64,000 nt of DNA, taken from a bacterium. GTDB lineage: Bacteria; T1Sed10-126. The notes under the pieces were generated by a model. It did not search any database, was not told where the DNA came from, and was given only the letters and a program-made list of their open reading frames with translations. The stretch covers positions 380 to 64,379 of the forward strand of contig PWHN01000057.1 of the NCBI GenBank assembly GCA_003554945.1. The letters run 5' to 3'. Below, piece by piece: positions 9,743 through 19,711 of the stretch (its first letter is position 1; each line of letters begins with the position of its first letter). Both the position numbers and the translations under genes were made by a program.

Positions 9743-10862
9743 AAACCTGGTCCAGAGCTGCTAAAAATTGGTCGTTTTCTTCCCGTCTACCAACTGTCAG
9801 CCGGAAATGGTTTTTAAGACCGTAAGGGGCCATAGAACGAACTATAACCCCTTCAGGGAGCAGGTCTTCAAACAACTGCTCCCCAGTAAAATCTCCGGGT
9901 GCTTCCACTAAAATAAAATTTGCTGACGGTGGAACGTAATTGATTTGTCGCCGGTCAAATTCTTTTAACAAACGCTCACGCTCTGAAATAATTTTTTTAC
10001 GGGAGGTTTCCAAAAATTCTGCCTCGTTTAGTGCTGCCTTCGCCAGCGCCTGAGCGGGCCGGTTCACATTGAAAGGTGGACGTACCTTGTGTAGCTCGGA
10101 GGCCAGCTCCGGCTCCATAAGTCCATAGCCGACCCGTAAGCCTGGCAGCGCATAAGCTTTGGAAAAAGTTCGCAATACAACAACACCGGCCTGACCGGCG
10201 TTACGAGTTTTTAGAAAATCAATCCCGTTTGGATAGTCCGGTTGCGTCATCAACTCAAAATATGCCTCATCTATGAGCAGTAGACAGTGACCTGGTAATC
10301 GCTCATAAAACTCCTTGAATTCCTGTTTTGAAAGGTAACGGGAGGTGGGATTGTTTGGATTAGGGATACAAACCCAGCGGGTCTGCGGGCCAATCTGCTT
10401 AAGCATCGCTTCGAGGTTCAGATCAAAATTATCGTCAACCGGCACCGGTTTGGGTTCTGCTCCCATCATCAGGGCATCCATTTGATAGATAACAAACGAG
10501 GGATCGCCGCAGACAATCTCCAGCCCCGGTTCCAGAGTCGCCTTGGCCAGGCAATCAAGAATCTCGTCACTGCCCGCACCTACTACTATACCTTCTGCCG
10601 GCCAGTCATATTTATCGGCCAGAGCTTCACGCAGGTAAAAACAACCGCCATCCGGGTAGCGATTTAACTTCGAAAACTCCTGTTCGTAAATGTTTTTCAA
10701 CTGGGCCGGTGGTGAATATGGGTTTTCGTTCGAAGCCAGCTTCACCGGCAGCTCATCAAGATTGTATTTGGCCTGTATCTCTTCCATTGGTTTCCCCGGT
10801 TCATAGGCCTGTAACCTGTTCAGTGAATCCCGCACTCTGTAAGGTGATTCTTTATCCGTCAT
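9732..10862 (-). CDS. hisC: Histidinol-phosphate/aromatic aminotransferase (class II PLP-dependent). The likely start is MTDKESPY, internal to track ORF 9732..10892.
   Basis: The family signature YPDGG and a PLP-lysine region (TFSKAYALPGLRVGY) are present. It sits in an operon with tyrA and pheA. Confidence 0.8.
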   Translation of the reverse strand: MTDKESPYRVRDSLNRLQAYEPGKPMEEIQAKYNLDELPVKLASNENPYSPPAQLKNIYEQEFSKLNRYPDGGCFYLREALADKYDWPAEGIVVGAGSDEILDCLAKATLEPGLEIVCGDPSFVIYQMDALMMGAEPKPVPVDDNFDLNLEAMLKQIGPQTRWVCIPNPNNPTSRYLSKQEFKEFYERLPGHCLLLIDEAYFELMTQPDYPNGIDFLKTRNAGQAGVVVLRTFSKAYALPGLRVGYGLMEPELASELHKVRPPFNVNRPAQALAKAALNEAEFLETSRKKIISERERLLKEFDRRQINYVPPSANFILVEAPGDFTGEQLFEDLLPEGVIVRSMAPYGLKNHFRLTVGRREENDQFLAALDQVCGF

Positions 10863-11937
10863 GAAAAGGCTCCTCCCTTGGATATGAACCAAGTATTTTG
10901 AAAAATGGTGTCTCTGATTTTAACGCGTCTAATAGTTTTTGAATTTTTTCGTCATCCTGGTGACCGATAAAATCGACAAAAAAGATGTAATCCCAGGTCT
11001 TACTTTTTGCCGGACGCGACTCTATTTTCGTCATGTTCACACTTAGCCTTCCAAACGGCTCAAGTGTATCGTAGAGTGCTCCCACTCGATCTTTAACTGA
11101 AAAAGCTATCGTTGTCTTATCCTCACCGGTTGGCTCCGGTATTTCACAACCGAGAACTAAAAAACGTGTATAGTTATCAAGACGGTCTTCAATTTTGTTG
11201 GCCAGAATCTTAAGTCCATAAATTTCTGCCGCCACCGGGCTGGCCACAGCCGCCGTATCAGTCTCCCCGGCGGCCAGTTCAGCTGCTCGGGCGGTACTAT
11301 TGACCTCACGTATTTTAACCTCAGACAAATTCTTTTCTATCCACTGTCGTGACTGAGCCAGGGCCTGGCGGTGTGAACAGAGTATTTTCACATCTTTTAG
11401 CTCTTCCATTTGTCCCAGAAGACACAGATCAACAGCCAGGTAGCTTTCACTACAGATAAACAGGTTGGACTCCAGAAAACGATCAAGCGTATGTCGGACT
11501 GCTCCCTCTTGACTGTTTTCAATCGGGACCACACCAAAATCAACTTCACCCCGACTGACCGCGGTAAAAACTTCGTCCACACTTTCTCTCGAATCATAAC
11601 TGCTGGCCGCACCAAATCGATCCAGAGCGGCGCAGTGAGTAAATGTTGCTTCCGGGCCAAGATAAGCTACCCGCAGAGGCTTTTCAAGATTCAAACAGGC
11701 CGCGGTAATTTCGTTGTATATCCGTCTGAGAGACGCTTCTGGAAAGTTACCGCAGTTGAGCTCCAATATCCGCTCAACCACTTCCTTCTCCCGTTCTGGG
11801 ACGTAGAGCCTGAGTCCCTGTTCTTTCTTTATTGCCCCCACCTCTTCGGCAACGCGGGCTCGTTTGTGAAGTAAATCCACCATTTGCCTGTCAATTTCGT
11901 CTATCTGACTACGATATTTGTCCAGCTCGTCACTCAT
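10852..11937 (-). CDS. pheA: Bifunctional chorismate mutase/prephenate dehydratase (P-protein) with an ACT domain. The start is chosen at MSDELDKYRSQ.
   Basis: The N-terminal CM domain has IDEIDRQMVDLLHKRARVAEEVGAIK. The PDT core has TRF. A C-terminal ACT domain is present. The track ORF's N-terminal extension overlaps scpB. Confidence 0.8.
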   Translation of the reverse strand: MSDELDKYRSQIDEIDRQMVDLLHKRARVAEEVGAIKKEQGLRLYVPEREKEVVERILELNCGNFPEASLRRIYNEITAACLNLEKPLRVAYLGPEATFTHCAALDRFGAASSYDSRESVDEVFTAVSRGEVDFGVVPIENSQEGAVRHTLDRFLESNLFICSESYLAVDLCLLGQMEELKDVKILCSHRQALAQSRQWIEKNLSEVKIREVNSTARAAELAAGETDTAAVASPVAAEIYGLKILANKIEDRLDNYTRFLVLGCEIPEPTGEDKTTIAFSVKDRVGALYDTLEPFGRLSVNMTKIESRPAKSKTWDYIFFVDFIGHQDDEKIQKLLDALKSETPFFKILGSYPREEPFHDG

Positions 11938-12487
11938 TCTGTTCCTCCCTGCTGCGCAATGTTTCCACCTCATCCTCGTCCGGCAAATCATTAAGACTGC
12001 CGAGACCAAAATAATCTAAAAATTTCTTGGTGGTTGAATATTCCATTGGCCGGCCAATTTCATCACGGCGTCCCTTGATTTTAATAAATCCCTTTTCCAG
12101 AAGAGTATTAATAACTGACTGCGAATTCACTCCCCGCAAAGACTCAACCTCCGCCCGGGTTACCGGCTGGTAATAAGCAACTATGACCAGTGTCTCAATA
12201 GCGGAGTCTGAAAGACGGGCCCGGGTCTGCCGCCCAAAAAGTTTCTCTAAAAACGAGTAGTGCTCCTCTCTGGTGGTCATTTTAAAACCACCAGAAATCT
12301 CCAGCAACTGCATTCCTCGCTCCTGTTCTTTATACTCCTCTTTTAATTCAAGCATAATCTGACGGATTTTACCACCGTCAACCGGAAGAATATCACTCAA
12401 TTCTGCAGCCCTTATTGGTTCTTCTGAAACAAAAAGCGCCGCCTCAATAAGTGCTTTTAGATTTAACTCCTCTCCTTCTATTTCCAT
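11930..12487 (-). CDS. scpB: Segregation and condensation protein B
   Basis: The protein has ScpB-like winged-helix repeats and the right size (185 aa), and it lies immediately downstream of scpA. Confidence 0.75.
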   Translation of the reverse strand: MEIEGEELNLKALIEAALFVSEEPIRAAELSDILPVDGGKIRQIMLELKEEYKEQERGMQLLEISGGFKMTTREEHYSFLEKLFGRQTRARLSDSAIETLVIVAYYQPVTRAEVESLRGVNSQSVINTLLEKGFIKIKGRRDEIGRPMEYSTTKKFLDYFGLGSLNDLPDEDEVETLRSREEQNE

Positions 12488-12511
12488 CGGTTACTACCTT
12501 TCGATATCAAT

Positions 12512-13234
12512 CTACCCAACATTTTGCTGACCCGGGGTTATTACAAATATTTCGTCTGTTGAAACCTGTTTTACAATCCTCAGCTCAGCCTGTTTTACAA
12601 GCTGTAAAAGCGCTACAAAGGTTACAACAATCTCTTCGCGAACCGGACGAGAACTGAGCAGCTCAGCAAAAGCGACCGGTTCACCGGGGTTGACAGAACT
12701 CTTTATCCGCTCCATCTGTTCCTCAGTATCGTAGTTGTCAGAAAATTTAAAGTGTGGTAGCTCTCGCTGATCACGTTGAGTAACAACTATATTTTGAAAA
12801 GCCTTGACTAACTCAAACAGGGTTACCTCTTTATAAACAGTTTCCCCTGACCTCACAAACTCGGGCAAATCAGGTCGAGTGTCATAAAGCCGGGCTCGTT
12901 CTTTCGCCTTCTCTTTAAGTGTCTCACCGACCTGGAGAAAAAATTGTCGTTTTTCATCGGGTAATTCTTCTTTTTCATCTTCCTCGGGTTCTTCTTCGCC
13001 TCCCGGCAAAAGCTCACGTGTTTTTATTCGCAGCAGTTCAGAAAATAGTAGAAGCAGTGAGGAGGCACCACCGACAGTCCAGTCGCTGCTGTTTCCCAGA
13101 TGATTAATAAAATCCTCAACCAAGTCAGCTAGTTTTATTTCGCTGATCGGCACGTCGTGACTGCGAGCTACCTCCAGCAGTCCCTCCAGCGGCCCCTGAT
13201 AATGCTCGTCGTATACCTCATAATCAAGCTCCAT
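12512..13234 (-). CDS. scpA: Segregation and condensation protein A (kleisin)
   Basis: The size (240 aa) and sequence character are ScpA-like, and it is arranged with scpB. Confidence 0.7.
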   Translation of the reverse strand: MELDYEVYDEHYQGPLEGLLEVARSHDVPISEIKLADLVEDFINHLGNSSDWTVGGASSLLLLFSELLRIKTRELLPGGEEEPEEDEKEELPDEKRQFFLQVGETLKEKAKERARLYDTRPDLPEFVRSGETVYKEVTLFELVKAFQNIVVTQRDQRELPHFKFSDNYDTEEQMERIKSSVNPGEPVAFAELLSSRPVREEIVVTFVALLQLVKQAELRIVKQVSTDEIFVITPGQQNVG

Positions 13235-15837
13235 TAGTTAAATTCATATTCCTTCTTAAAAAATTCTTTTAATTCCTCTTTGTCCTCAGTTCCGGTGTCC
13301 AGTTGATAAGCAAATATATTCTCAAGCATCTCTCCCATAATCGGTCCCGGCTCAACCCCCCACTCCTTCAAATCCTCGCCGTCCACTATACGTGATACCG
13401 GGGCTATTTCCTCACGATATGTTTTTATCTTTTTCTGGATATTTTCGCTTTCACTGGCCAGCAATGCCACAAAAACTTCCGCCTCTCGAATATAATTCAG
13501 CAAATTATACAACCTTGAGGGCTGGCTTGCAAACTCAACCTCTCCCCGGATCTCTTCAAATTGTTTGAATTTGTTGACTATCCGACAGCGGCGTTGATTA
13601 AACATTAACCGTTCTGCCAGCTGCTCAATTTTTTCGGAAGGGAAGGGACGCAGAAGCAAGCAGTAATAAACCATTTCGGGGCGTTTTAAATCCTCCTCAT
13701 CCAGCAGGGTATGGGCTTGCTTAAACCATAATTCCATCTCTTCTACCCACTTGAATTCAGGCATAAAATTAGAGAATACGTCACGCTCAAAAAGCCGCTT
13801 GACCACCTTTACCGGCGACGGTTCCCGAAAGACCCGGTCAATCTCATCGCGAAGCCGATCACCGCTCACCTCGGCAAAGGGATGGCCATTAAGGGCCTGC
13901 TGAAGCTGGAATCTAGTGTCTCTTGCCAGTTTGAAATCAAACCGGGCCGCAAACCGAAAGGCGCGAAATATTCTGATCGGATCGTCAAGAAAACTCATCG
14001 CATATATTATTTTTATCACGCCCTCTTCCAGATCCTGTCGTCCTCCGAAAATATCCAGCAGCTCGCCAAAATCTTCCGGAACTAGACTTACAGCCATGCT
14101 GTTAATAGTAAAATCGCGCCGCCTTAAGTCCTGTTGTACAGAAGCCTGGTCAATATTCACCCTGGGCAGCGCCGCCGGATGTGAGTAATACTCTGAACGC
14201 GCTGTGGCCAAATCTATATTATCACTACCTGGCATATAGACTCGCGCAGTCCTGAACTTTTCGTGAGTATTATATTCATAATCATAGCGCCGAGAAATTT
14301 CTTCGGCAAAATTCACTGCATCTTGCTCTACTACGAGATCTAATTCTCCCGGCTTAATCTCCAACAAAATGTCACGAACACTACCGCCAACAAGATAAAG
14401 TTTTTCCCCTATTCCCTCCGCCACTCTCCCCCATTCTTTAAGCAGCTTGAATTGCTCCGGCTCAAGCACTTCCTTCAATAATCTCTTCACGTTGTCGGGC
14501 TCCGGCTGTTGGGAATAGGGCGGCGACGATTCCTTAACCCGGGCGGGACTGTAACGCTCGTGTAAGATCCGAACCACGTCGGTTCTTGTAACTATACCTA
14601 CTAATAAGCCGTTTTCTGTTACCGGCAATCTACCAATCTGTTCTTCCGTCAATATGTTTTGAATCTGCTGCAGACCGGTATCAGGAGAAATTGTTACAAC
14701 CTCCGGTGTCATAAACCCTTTCACCGGGGCATGAGTTAAATCGTGCTCAACCGCCTTGTCAATATCGCTACGGGTAATAATACCGCAGAGTCTGTTCTCC
14801 TTATCTGTAATTGGCAAACCACCGTGGCCCAGCTCTAACATTATTTGATGGGCCTTTTCCACCTTCAAATCTTCTCTGATTGAGTGCGCCGGCGTCGTCA
14901 TCACCTCGGCGGCAGTTAACTCCGGTTTAAGTCGCTCTTCCAGAAACCGAATCAAAGCATCCCTGGCCTCCGAAAGTGTTAACCCGGCAAGTGTTGCTGA
15001 TGCCGCACGCTTGTGCCCACCACCGCCAAACTGCCGGGCGATCGCACCGCCATCGACGTTCTGATAGCGGTTTCTTACAACCATCTGAATCCGCTGATTC
15101 ATCCTTACCATCAGGATCAACAGATTGGCATTCTCCATATCCCGCAGCTTGTGTGCGATTAAAGCCACCTCGGGAATATAACGGTCTCGCTCTGCCGTCG
15201 AAATTACCACCGGCACGTTGTTTATGGTGATTTTTTCGCTCTTGGCCAGAACCTCGTTTAATAACTCTTTCTGTTCTGAACTGAGTGGACGATTACAAAA
15301 ATTTTGCACCAGATCAAGGTCAGCTCCGGCGCCAAGTAAAAACTCTCCGGCACTGTAATCAGAAGGAGTGGCAGTCCCAAACTGCAGGTTCCCGGTCTCC
15401 TGGTGCAGGCCAATCATGAAAAGCGTCGCCTCAAACGAGGTAACCCCCAGGTTTTTGTCTCGTAGTTTCTGCACCATTATGGAAATTAGCGACCCCGCCT
15501 CGCCCACAATCGTTTCCGCGGCGTCGATGTCCCCCTGTTCGGGCGGATGATGGTCGTATAAAATAATTTCGTCGGCTTTACCCAGAAATTCCGCGTAAGG
15601 ACCAAGACGCTCCCTTTTGTTGGTGTCTACCACAATCATCTTATCAATCTCTTGATCCCTGTATTCTGAATAGCGAAAGAAAGAGAAATGATCCCGGTAT
15701 AAGTTTAAAAATTCCAATACCCCCCCCTCCGCTGTCGGCTGTAAATATATCTTCGCCTCGGGATGCAGCTTCTTCGCCGCCACCATAGAACCAACACAAT
15801 CAAAATCTAAGTTCTGGTGCCCCACAATTATATCCAT
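13234..15837 (-). CDS. Fusion protein with an N-terminal DHH/DHHA1 phosphoesterase, tandem CBS domains and a C-terminal poly(A) polymerase / CCA tRNA nucleotidyltransferase head domain
   Basis: The DHH motif is in HQNLDFDCVGSMVAA...DHHP. The DHHA1 motif is GGGGH. The tRNA-NT motif GGSVRDILL...DLDL is present. The protein is 867 aa. Confidence 0.75.
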   Translation of the reverse strand: MDIIVGHQNLDFDCVGSMVAAKKLHPEAKIYLQPTAEGGVLEFLNLYRDHFSFFRYSEYRDQEIDKMIVVDTNKRERLGPYAEFLGKADEIILYDHHPPEQGDIDAAETIVGEAGSLISIMVQKLRDKNLGVTSFEATLFMIGLHQETGNLQFGTATPSDYSAGEFLLGAGADLDLVQNFCNRPLSSEQKELLNEVLAKSEKITINNVPVVISTAERDRYIPEVALIAHKLRDMENANLLILMVRMNQRIQMVVRNRYQNVDGGAIARQFGGGGHKRAASATLAGLTLSEARDALIRFLEERLKPELTAAEVMTTPAHSIREDLKVEKAHQIMLELGHGGLPITDKENRLCGIITRSDIDKAVEHDLTHAPVKGFMTPEVVTISPDTGLQQIQNILTEEQIGRLPVTENGLLVGIVTRTDVVRILHERYSPARVKESSPPYSQQPEPDNVKRLLKEVLEPEQFKLLKEWGRVAEGIGEKLYLVGGSVRDILLEIKPGELDLVVEQDAVNFAEEISRRYDYEYNTHEKFRTARVYMPGSDNIDLATARSEYYSHPAALPRVNIDQASVQQDLRRRDFTINSMAVSLVPEDFGELLDIFGGRQDLEEGVIKIIYAMSFLDDPIRIFRAFRFAARFDFKLARDTRFQLQQALNGHPFAEVSGDRLRDEIDRVFREPSPVKVVKRLFERDVFSNFMPEFKWVEEMELWFKQAHTLLDEEDLKRPEMVYYCLLLRPFPSEKIEQLAERLMFNQRRCRIVNKFKQFEEIRGEVEFASQPSRLYNLLNYIREAEVFVALLASESENIQKKIKTYREEIAPVSRIVDGEDLKEWGVEPGPIMGEMLENIFAYQLDTGTEDKEELKEFFKKEYEFN

Positions 15838-15902
15838 CTGTTTCTCCTTATCTGTCTTGTTCGAAATATTTTTTTCCTTGGCGCAGAAGAGAAAAAGAGC
15901 AA

Positions 15903-16826
15903 TTAATCGGTCCCGTCCTCCAGGTCTCCAAAATCTCCCTCAACAAGTGACATATACTTGCGTTTGACCGGTTTGCGCGTCTCCAGAGCCTCTCCCATTC
16001 CATCGGCGGCATGAATTAATGCCTGGAAAAATAATTTTAATCCGTTTCGCTTTGCGAAAGACTTAAAAAATTGTTTGCCCCAGAATAGAAAAGTCTTTCC
16101 AAACGCCAGGGGAACGCTAAAGTTGCGCCAGAAATACCAGGTTGAATTCCTGGTAACGTAATAAAAAAGTCGACTCGTCTCGCGGTTGCGGTTGGCTCGC
16201 CTGTGTAAAATGGTAATTAACGGAAAATATCTTACCTCGGCTCCGGAATTCAGTATTCTTGTCGCAAAATCCCTCTCTTCAACATAAATGAAGTAGCGGT
16301 CCCAGAATCCACCCGTCCGTTCAAACATTTCAGGACGGATAGCCGCCGCACAGGTACGAAATGTTGGACTTAAATAACCTTCCTTCTCACTGCCTACTTT
16401 CTTCCACCGAAACCACTTATCCTCCTCACCTTCACCGTCAATAACTCTAAAACCCGCTGCCCCTAAATCAGAGTTGCGGCGAAATTTTTCAACAATTCTC
16501 GTAATCGTATTCTCCTGGAGCAATTTACTGTCGTCGTCAAGGGAAATTATCAACTCTCCAGTCGCCTCATCCGCTCCAATATTTCTCCCACCCACCCCGC
16601 GATTTTCTTCCAGTTTAATTAACTTTACATCGGGATACTTCTCTTTGAGCGTCAGCGCAGTATCGTCCTCGCTGGCATTATCCACCACAATAATTTCAAT
16701 ACCTGGGAAATCCTGATTCTTAACCGAATTTATAGACTCCATCAACTGATCGCAGCGGTTTCGTGTTAATATGATAACCGAGACCAACTGAATTTCGTCC
16801 TCGCCAGCCAGGGTGGGCATAGACAA
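15903..16826 (-). CDS. Family 2 glycosyltransferase
   Basis: The GT2 N-terminus VSVIILTRNRCDQL...VVDNASEDDT and the DxD-like motif SLDDD are present. Confidence 0.75.
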   Translation of the reverse strand: MSMPTLAGEDEIQLVSVIILTRNRCDQLMESINSVKNQDFPGIEIIVVDNASEDDTALTLKEKYPDVKLIKLEENRGVGGRNIGADEATGELIISLDDDSKLLQENTITRIVEKFRRNSDLGAAGFRVIDGEGEEDKWFRWKKVGSEKEGYLSPTFRTCAAAIRPEMFERTGGFWDRYFIYVEERDFATRILNSGAEVRYFPLITILHRRANRNRETSRLFYYVTRNSTWYFWRNFSVPLAFGKTFLFWGKQFFKSFAKRNGLKLFFQALIHAADGMGEALETRKPVKRKYMSLVEGDFGDLEDGTD

Positions 16827-17030
16827 TCACTCTCCTCTAATGTCACAACTTCTTAATAACCTGTTTACTAAAGTTTTAAATCCGTATAATCTTATCAGCT
16901 TTTCCAGCGAAGGTAAAAGGAAGCGGAACTTTACCGTCTCCTGAGAATTGTTTATAATCCTATCCTAAAATCTATCTGTTCAACAGGTAAAACAAAACAA
17001 ACATACTCTAATGATTGCGAGGTAACTATA

Positions 17031-17879
17031 ATGCAAGAATTTGTCGCTGCCGCCGCTCAGATAGCAATTGAAGAGCCGGATAATTTTTCAGAAAATACCC
17101 GCAAGGTGGCCCGCTACCAGCGGCGCACCACCGACCGCTTTAACGCTCAACTTGTTGTCTACCCCGAATCAATAACAACCGGATTTACTCCCGGAGTAAA
17201 ACCACCCGAACTTCACGACGTCCTCCCCCCGTCCATGGAAGAGGGTCTGGGGCCAGTCCTTGAAGCGACTCGAGAAACTAATAGCTACGCCGTTGTCTCC
17301 TCTTATGAGCCCGGCGAAGATAAAAACACTGTCTACAACAGCGCCTTCCTCTGCGGTCCCGACGGCAAAATTGAAGGTCGGTACCGCAAAACTCACCTGT
17401 TTCCTACCGAACGGGTTGAAAACAGTGGCTGGTCAACACCGGGCAAGGAAATTCCCGTTTTTGAGACTCGGCTTGGCAAAATTGGCATCATAATTTGTTA
17501 CGACGGCGACTTCCCGGAACTCTCACGAATCCTCGCTTTGAAAGGCGCCGAAATAATTGTCCGGCCCGCCGCACTGCTGCGTAGTTTTGAAATCTGGGAC
17601 ATGAGCAATCGTATGCGGGCCTACGAAAATGACGTCTACTTCATCGGCGTAAACGCGATCGGCGAAGATGGTGCCGGAACTAAATTTTTCGGCCACAGCA
17701 TGATTGTGTCTCCGGCTGGACGACGTCTCCATCTGGCCAGAGCCGGTGAAGAAATTATTGCCGCAACAGTTAAACCACTAACAAAACACGAGGGAATTGA
17801 ATCCAATTATCCCGTCCTGTTTGATCATCTCCAGGACCGTAATGTAGAAAGCTACCAGGATTACTTAACTGACCTGTGA
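17031..17879 (+). CDS. Carbon-nitrogen hydrolase (nitrilase/amidase superfamily)
   Basis: The Glu-Lys-Cys triad context is present: YPE, RKTHLF, and the catalytic Cys in GIIICYDGDFPE. An SD GAGGT lies upstream. Confidence 0.8.
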   Translation: MQEFVAAAAQIAIEEPDNFSENTRKVARYQRRTTDRFNAQLVVYPESITTGFTPGVKPPELHDVLPPSMEEGLGPVLEATRETNSYAVVSSYEPGEDKNTVYNSAFLCGPDGKIEGRYRKTHLFPTERVENSGWSTPGKEIPVFETRLGKIGIIICYDGDFPELSRILALKGAEIIVRPAALLRSFEIWDMSNRMRAYENDVYFIGVNAIGEDGAGTKFFGHSMIVSPAGRRLHLARAGEEIIAATVKPLTKHEGIESNYPVLFDHLQDRNVESYQDYLTDL

Positions 17880-17900
17880 AACCCAAACGGAGGGAATAAC

Positions 17901-19532
17901 ATGAGCTCTCACGATAAGCTGCTTGCCGATTACAGATTACGACGTGAAGCTGTTGCCCGTCAGCTCGACACTGAACTTTTCGTCAAACCAGAGCAAACAG
18001 TTGAACTGCTGGAAACTGCTATCAAACCGGGCGACGTCGTCTGTCTTGAAGGCAACAACCAGAAACAGGCGGATTTTTTAGCTGAAGCACTGAGTAAAGT
18101 TAACCCGAAAGAAGTAAACAACCTCCACATGGTTCAATCCTCGCTGGTCCTCGACGAACATGTTGAAGTTTTTGAAAAAGGTATCGCCAACCGGCTGGAT
18201 TTTGCCTTCTCTGGACCCCAGGCGAAAAAGCTCTTCAAAGCAGTAAATAGCCAGCAGGTCAATGTGGGCGCCATTCACACCTACCTTGAGCTTTATGGCC
18301 GTTATTTTGTCGACCTCACGCCGCGGGTGGCCATGGTTGTCGCCGACGCCTGTGATCCATCAGGAAACCTTTACACCGGCGCTAATACCGAAGATACACC
18401 GCTGATAACTGAAGCCACTAATTTTAAAAATGGACTTGTTATCGCCCAGGTGAGCGAGAAAAAAGATTCTCTTTCTCGGGTTGATATACCGGCCGACTGG
18501 GTGGATTACATAGTTGTCACTGAAGAACCCTACCATCACGAAGCGCTCTTCACCCGCGACCCCGCTCAGATTACCGACCTCCAGGTATTAACCGGAATGA
18601 TGATAATCAAGGGGATTTATGAAGAATACAAAGTAAGCAAGTTAAACCATGGTCTGGGATTTGCCACTGCCGCTGTTGAATTACTTCTGCCCACTTACGG
18701 GCGTGAAATTGGACTTAGCGGCGAAGTCTGCTCGCACTGGGTTCTAAATCCCCACCCAACACTTATCCCGGCGATTGAGGAAGGGATCGCTCAAAAAGTT
18801 TATCCGTTTGGCGGCGAAATCGGGACTAACGAATACGTCCAGGCCCGACCCGACGTTTTCCCCACCGATAGTAACGGACTCATGCGTTCCGGCCGCTGCA
18901 ACGCCCACGTTGCCGGCCTGTATGGTATTGACTGCTTTACCGGCGCCACCCTGCAAATCGACAAATATGGTAACAGTTCCACCGCCATCGACGGCATGAT
19001 CGCCGGCTTTGGAGGCGCCCCCAACCTTGGCTCAACTCCTCCCGGACGCCGGCATCAGACGGAAGCTTTCGCCAAAGCCGGCGCTGTTCATTACGACAAC
19101 CACTACGGCAGGAAACTTGTCGTCCAGGTCACTCCTACCGTCAGCGAAAAGAAAAGCATACCCGTTTTCCGGGAAAAGTTAGACGCCTATGACCTCTATG
19201 AAGCCGGTCACTTCGAAGCTCCGCCTGTCATGATTGACGCTCAACAGATGACTCACATCGTCACTGAAAAAGGTATCGCCTACCTCGACCGCTGTAACTC
19301 CATGGAAGAACAGATGGCCGCTGTTCGCGCCGTCGCCGGCGACACCGAGGTGGGCGAACGTGAACGCACTGCTGAAACTGACCGGCTGCGCACAAAGGGA
19401 AAGGTTAAAACACCTGACGACCTGGGTATAAATGTGGCTGATGCTACAACCGACAAACTTGCCGCACACAGTATTGAAGATCTGGTTGAAATTTCCAACG
19501 GCCTTTACAATCCACCGCAGTATTTACTCTGA
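17901..19532 (+). CDS. Malonate decarboxylase alpha-subunit (MdcA) / citrate lyase alpha (CitF) family acyl-transferase. It is stand-alone, with no mdcC/D/E nearby.
   Basis: The protein is 543 aa. Long collinear identity blocks with MdcA include LEGNNQKQADFL, LHMVQSS, GAIHTY.EL, GNLYTGANTEDTP, LNHGLGFATAAVELLLPTYG, HWVLNPHPTLIPAIE, GNSST and GFGGAPN. A strong SD GGAGGG lies upstream. Confidence 0.7.
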   Translation: MSSHDKLLADYRLRREAVARQLDTELFVKPEQTVELLETAIKPGDVVCLEGNNQKQADFLAEALSKVNPKEVNNLHMVQSSLVLDEHVEVFEKGIANRLDFAFSGPQAKKLFKAVNSQQVNVGAIHTYLELYGRYFVDLTPRVAMVVADACDPSGNLYTGANTEDTPLITEATNFKNGLVIAQVSEKKDSLSRVDIPADWVDYIVVTEEPYHHEALFTRDPAQITDLQVLTGMMIIKGIYEEYKVSKLNHGLGFATAAVELLLPTYGREIGLSGEVCSHWVLNPHPTLIPAIEEGIAQKVYPFGGEIGTNEYVQARPDVFPTDSNGLMRSGRCNAHVAGLYGIDCFTGATLQIDKYGNSSTAIDGMIAGFGGAPNLGSTPPGRRHQTEAFAKAGAVHYDNHYGRKLVVQVTPTVSEKKSIPVFREKLDAYDLYEAGHFEAPPVMIDAQQMTHIVTEKGIAYLDRCNSMEEQMAAVRAVAGDTEVGERERTAETDRLRTKGKVKTPDDLGINVADATTDKLAAHSIEDLVEISNGLYNPPQYLL

Positions 19533-19711
19533 CACTCAGAACCTATCGAAACATCTCCGTCCTTCACCCCTCTTTGTCTTTCACCCATTAAGGGAGAAAG
19601 ATGCGTTGGAAGGTTCTGCTGATACTCAAAAACCCTTGAAGCAGCAGCACAATCAAGATATATTTATTGTCAACAAACACCTATCAAGTCTTCTGGAAAG
19701 GTGATAATCCC

